From Octopus bimaculoides (Eukaryota), in assembly GCF_001194135.2 (NCBI RefSeq), contig NC_068983.1:4895721-4948720 (forward strand): a DNA stretch of 53,000 nucleotides, written 5' to 3'. The notes below the pieces were generated by a model that saw only the letters and a program-made list of their open reading frames with translations, made no database searches and was not told the DNA's origin. The position numbers were made by a program, and so were the translations under genes. This document shows positions 48,060 to 53,000 of this stretch, piece after piece (position 1 is the first letter of the stretch; each line of letters starts with the position of its first letter).

Positions 48060-49408
48060 ATCCATTTTACCGAAAGTTATGACGGAGAAATTGGATCTTG
48101 TGAATTTTCCAAAAGTCCGCTCCCAAACCACCCCAGGGTCGTTAGCGCAATTTTTTTTTTTTTCATATTCGTTTTCTATATAGTTGTTAACACCCAGCAG
48201 ACTGGATTTTTTTTTTTTTTTTGGTACATGAGTGAAGATCTTTATATTAACCGGGGTTAACTTAGAAAGCTTCATAATTTCTTTATTAAACACACAAAAC
48301 CATTCTATAATCGATCAGTTTTATCAATTTATGCCTCGATTCATTATTAACCCAACCTGTTTCTACACATCTTTCGTTGAAACATGGAGAAGAGAAAGAG
48401 AAGTTAAAAACGTAAGGTTTAGAAAGGTTTGCAAAAAAGAAAAATGATTAAATCGGAGAATGCACAGCTGGAACTAGCAAGAAAACTCACGTAACCTTTA
48501 AAAAGCAGGTGTAACATATAATATTGATTCTTAGTATTGTTATAAGGTTACACATTTTGCTAGTAAGCGGAGGAAATCAATAAGATCGATCTGGTTAATG
48601 GTAGGTATTTTACCAATCAGTGTATAAAGGGACGTAACTACTGTTAGGAACCTCATCTGCCGTTTCTCTTATTGGCCTTAAGTTTTATAAGATATTGTAA
48701 TAATCCTTTCTACTATAGGCGCAAGGCCTGAAATTTCCAGTGAGAATGTAGATTGTTTACATCGACCCCCAGAGCTCAACTGGCGCTAATTTCATCGAGC
48801 TCAGCGTAACTCAGAACTCAAAGAAGGACGAAATGCTGCTGACGGTTCTGCCAGTTCACTGCCTTGTAAGATATAGTAATGAAAACATGATTTTGAAAGA
48901 TTTTAAAAGTAAATCATCATGAACCGCAGGACACACACGATTGGTTACTCGAGATCAGGACATTTCTCTGATCGGCGTTCCGTTGTGAGGAATGTTGCGA
49001 TCTAGCTCACTTATTGCAGGACTCAAGGGTAACAATTTTGTGGGGAGGGGGCAAGTCGATTACATCGACTGCAGTTCTTGATGAGACGAAAAGCAAATTT
49101 GACTTCAGGGGAATTTGAACTCAAGTTGTAAAGAACTGGAAGAAATACTGCCAAGTACTTTGTCTGCTCTGCCAACGAATCTACCAGCTCGTTACCTAAT
49201 AAAGAATGTCCAAAATAATTATTTTAATTAGACTATTGTGTTTAATATGAAGTTTTACACCACCCGACAAGGAAGTCTCTATATGGTTGCTCGGCCTGCT
49301 AGAAGTACCAGCTAAATATTCTTCAAATTATAGGATAATAGGTAATATGGTTCCAGTTTATACTGTCTGAATAAAAGTTGGTATGGTCATAGCTGGAAGT
49401 CTTTCATC

Positions 49409-49580
49409 CTGTTGCATAGCTTGGGGGCAATAGGAGCAGTCCGCCCCGGGCGACACTTTTATGGGGGTTGCGGGGCATCACTACTGGATATGCTGAATAA
49501 GCATTTGCAAAGGTGAAGGCTGAGGCGGGGACCAAACTGAAGGGCAGCCCTAGGCGTCACACACTCTATCTACGGCGCTA
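49409..49580. mobile_element. hAT-type MITE with 8-bp TSD
   Basis: ctttcatc at 49401-49408 and 49581-49588; degenerate CAGTGGCGTAGC-like TIRs; internal ccgccccgggcgacac / gcagccctaggcgtcac. Confidence 0.7.
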
Positions 49581-49649
49581 CTTTCATCACAGTTCTACTC
49601 ATTCGTGGCTGATATGAAGCTAAACAGCAACAATATAGTTTTATTTCGG

Positions 49650-49900
49650 TGTTGGACCATTTACTTATGAGCAAACGTTATCAAGAAGCAAGCCGCATGA
49701 GACGTGACTCATCATCAGAGGGGCCGAACTACTAAAAAGAAAAAAATTGTTATTTTCCTCGCGAAATGAGGCGTGCCATTCAGAATGTCCTGCCGGCTGC
49801 TGTTTGCCCATGACTAATTTATAGGTAAATGTGTTTGACTTGTCCTTAGTAACGCTAATAACCGACCGAGTCATTAAAAATAAGAAGTTCGATCATTTAT
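49650..49900. promoter_or_regulatory. Unique CpG-retaining segment, possible promoter or first exon
   Basis: Non-repetitive with several CpGs; gacgtgactca (CRE/AP-1-like); GTAAAT donor-like sites on both strands (~49663 minus, ~49823 plus). Weak. Confidence 0.25.
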
Positions 49901-50340
49901 GATATAAGGGACATATTTTAGAGAAACATGTCGAGATTAATGTTAAATGGAGTGGAAATTGTTATACAACAATCTCAGCTTATATTATTAATATTTATCT
50001 TTCATCTGTCGAGCTGGTTAAATGTGTGTTTATTGATTGGTATGAAGTTTAGCTGCGTGTTGTTCCATTATAAAACAAACTCAAAAATTTATTGAAGCAA
50101 CAATTATTTTTACAAGAGAAAAATACAATATTTCTATGATTACATAATGGCTCGCCAGTTGTGTATTGTGGTGTGTTTGAAGCGAACGGCGTTCATAGTT
50201 ATATTAATGACAGAAAACATTAACTTCACGTAAGGGGTGGGGATAATACTCTGTCCACCATAGTCGAAGATTCTTTTAACCCAAGGCTGAGCTACACACA
50301 CACACACACACACACACTTACACATGTGTGTGCATGTATA

Positions 50341-52785
50341 GGAAAAATAGAAGTTGAAAATGCACTGAGAATAGTTAAAATGTTTTTATTAATATAGTTA
50401 AAGCTATAACTCGTTTCACAGTTTATACTGATTTTCAAAAAGTTCAAATAGAAAGGCGTGGCTTTTGTCGCAGCTGTCTTGCTTCTGACTAGTGTTTGAA
50501 ACGTGCTCTATTTTTATAGGGAGTTCATGGCTCAAATTAATATATGTTTTGAATAGGATTTGATCCCACCGACCTTAAATCTAGACCAATCATAGCAGGC
50601 CCGAGCTGTGAAACACACAAACTCAGCAACTTTTTAGATATATTACTGAAACCTATTTTAAAATACACACCAACTCTTGTAAGGGACGACCTGGACCTGT
50701 TAAACCACCTCTCAAAATCCATAAACAATGATACCCCTATTGTATTTTTTGATGTGGTAACTCAATAACAATCCCATACCAATATGGACCAGAGGCAATA
50801 AATTTCTGGTTTGAGAAATTCCCTCAAGAAATTTCAGACAGAAGATTGAAATTTATCCTCGGAAACATTTTTGACTTCAATGGCAATATTTACAAACAAA
50901 TATGTGGGACTGCGATGGGGGCAAAAGTTGCACCAACTTACGCCAATCTAGTCATGGCATACATGGAGGTCCAGATATATGAACAATCTAAATTAATATA
51001 TAGCTTGAACTTCCACAAATATCTACTAGAAAACTGTAAACGTTACTTAGATGACTGCCTAGTCCTATTGACGTACACATTTGAACAACTTATAGATTTC
51101 AAAAATTTAATCAACAGTATAAACAATAATATCAACTTTACCATGGGGTACAGTAAAACTCAACTGCCATTCCTGGATATACTAATCATCAAAAGAGATA
51201 AAATCATTGAAACAGATATTCACTACAAACAAACAGATTTTAAACAATACTTACTGTTCTCCACATGCCATTCCAAACACACGAAGAATAATATCCCTCT
51301 TAATTTAGCAAGAAGAATCTGCACAATTGTCTCAAACCCTGAAACTCGCAATAAAAGACTCCAGGAACTAAAACAAGTACTACTTAAAAGACAATAGCCA
51401 TTAATGTTAATAGACAACGGAATAGAAAGTGCGAAAGAAATAAATATCGAAGAAGTACGAAAAACGAAAAACGCTCCAGATACATCCAATACTCTACCTT
51501 TTATTACAACATACAACCCAAGAAACACAGAGGTATACAATATTATTCACCAGAACAAACCACTACTAAAACAAGACCCAATAATGAAACAAGCATTCGA
51601 AATACACAAAATAATCAAAAGTAAAAGACAATCAAACTCCCCCCCCCCAAATTCCTCACAAGTGCTAAATTACCTTCCACATTTCCTACACCAACAGTCA
51701 AAAAGTGTGGCCGCCCCAATTGCGGGGCCTGCATCAACCTTATTGAAGACACACTATACAAATTCAAATCAGGACAGATTTTTACCGAAAAAAATCACTT
51801 TACATGTTCTTCAAGGAATTTAATATACGGTATCGAACGTCAAGGATGTAATGAAGATTACATTGGTCAAACAAAGCTTACTCAAGAAATAGACTGACCA
51901 TTCACCGACAACAAATACGAGACCTCAGTACTAAACAGATTCCACTGAGTGGGCACATAGACATATGTGCAAAAAATAAGTCCCCCAAATTCCAAGTCTT
52001 CCCACTCTACCTATGTTCAGCGAATATCACAGACGAAGCACAGATAAACAAAGAAAATTCTTTCATACAAAAGTACAAACCAAGACTTAACAAACTTTAA
52101 CAGAGTACATACACAAATAACTATTCACACACAAACTCATTCTGCCGCTTATCATGAGGAACCTACACAGCTAACAATCTAAACTTTAGCCGATGTACTA
52201 CATACAAACGACTCCTGTTCACTCTCCCACTAGACAGATTAAATTTGGAGTGCCTTGGTTATAACTAAACATGTTCACTCAACCATGTCAGCCTTCATTT
52301 TGGGTGCAAAATATACTTTCACGTGAAACTAACGCACGGACCTAGCGGGAAACGTACAAAATGTTATAAACTTAATCACGTGTTCATTCTCTACAAACAC
52401 TTGACAGAAAACATTCAGAGCATCGATTGTTTGGACCTGTTCAGCCAACCGCGTCAGTTTTAACGTCCGATGCCAAACGTTATCACTTGATACTAACTAA
52501 CGGATGTAGCGAGAAACCTACAAAAAATGTTAAGACCGGTCATGTGACTATTCTCTACCAATCAAATCCTATTCAATACATATACTAATTTGAGCCATGA
52601 ACTCCCTATAAAAATAGGGTAAGCTTCAAAGACTAGTCAGGAGCAAGACAGCTGCGACAAAAGCCATGCCTTTCTATTTGAACTTTTTGAAAATCAGTGT
52701 AAACTGCGAAACCGGTTAAAGCTTTAACTACATTAATAAAAAATATTTTAACTGTTCTCAGAGCATTTTCAACTTCTATTTTGCC
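50341..52785 (+). mobile_element. PLE locus bounded by ~224-bp inverted repeats (50341-50564 / 52561-52785)
   Basis: The left arm aligns end to end with the reverse complement of the right arm, with scattered substitutions. Flanks are (CA)n and (TA)n. Confidence 0.85.
50562..52100 (+). pseudogene. Decayed Penelope-like (Neptune-type) RT + GIY-YIG ORF, 5'-truncated
   Basis: LKSRPIIAGP, FDVV, YKQICGTAMGAKVAPTYANLVM, RYLDDC, LPFLDILI, YKQTD...HSKHTKNNIP, Cys linker KKCGRPNCGAC...FTC, NLIYGIERQGCNEDYIGQT, end KYKPRLNKL*. Several frameshifts and stops. Confidence 0.92.
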
Positions 52786-53000
52786 TTTATTTCTACTCAT
52801 GTGGAATAAAATAACTATATATATATATGTAGTGAAACTACCTCCCGCCATTAGATACAAACTACTATCGCCATTACATACAATCTTCTCATTTAAATAT
52901 AAATAAATGCGAGCGTAGTAGAGAACCCATTCCTTGTCATCACGTGACTGATTATTATTCGAATCGGCAACTTCTTCGAACCTTTCCCGCCAGAACGCAA

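Noticed and set aside
47046-48293. Long ORFs of about 400 aa (also those at 16857-17630 and 39751-40382)
   Set aside because: Artefacts of reading through N gaps.

Overview
Repeat-dense, microsatellite-rich animal genomic DNA. The SINE/LINE repertoire and (TA)n/(CA)n/(GAT)n density suggest a coleoid cephalopod, probably Octopus (inference). Host gene: the 5' two-thirds of a cytosolic carboxypeptidase 1 gene (AGTPBP1/CCP1/Nna1) on the minus strand. I assembled it by hand as 13 coding exons between 20552 and 493. All introns are GT-AG, phases are consistent, and the frame is open for about 714 codons (armadillo-like N-terminus, acidic/low-complexity middle, conserved YPDY segment). The gene continues past the left edge, where the M14 catalytic domain should lie. 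A possible non-coding first exon ends at 37301. The rest is mobile-element debris: RTE LINE ORF fragments and many RTE 3'-UTR copies, three tRNA-derived SINE families, a decayed Neptune-type Penelope-like element (PLE) with ~224-bp terminal inverted repeats, an R4/Dong-like element inside a (TAA)n array, a HERO-like fragment, a Tc1 fragment, a non-autonomous Helitron, and hAT and Tigger-like MITEs. There are four larger assembly gaps. The most unusual signal is a set of fold-back (5'-inverted) elements: a tandem tRNA-head plus hammerhead-core unit at 1200-1538, two asymmetric palindromic elements, and the PLE itself. These may form one PLE-driven retroposition system. All homology calls are from recall of family motifs, not database searches. 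Repeat boundaries are approximate.
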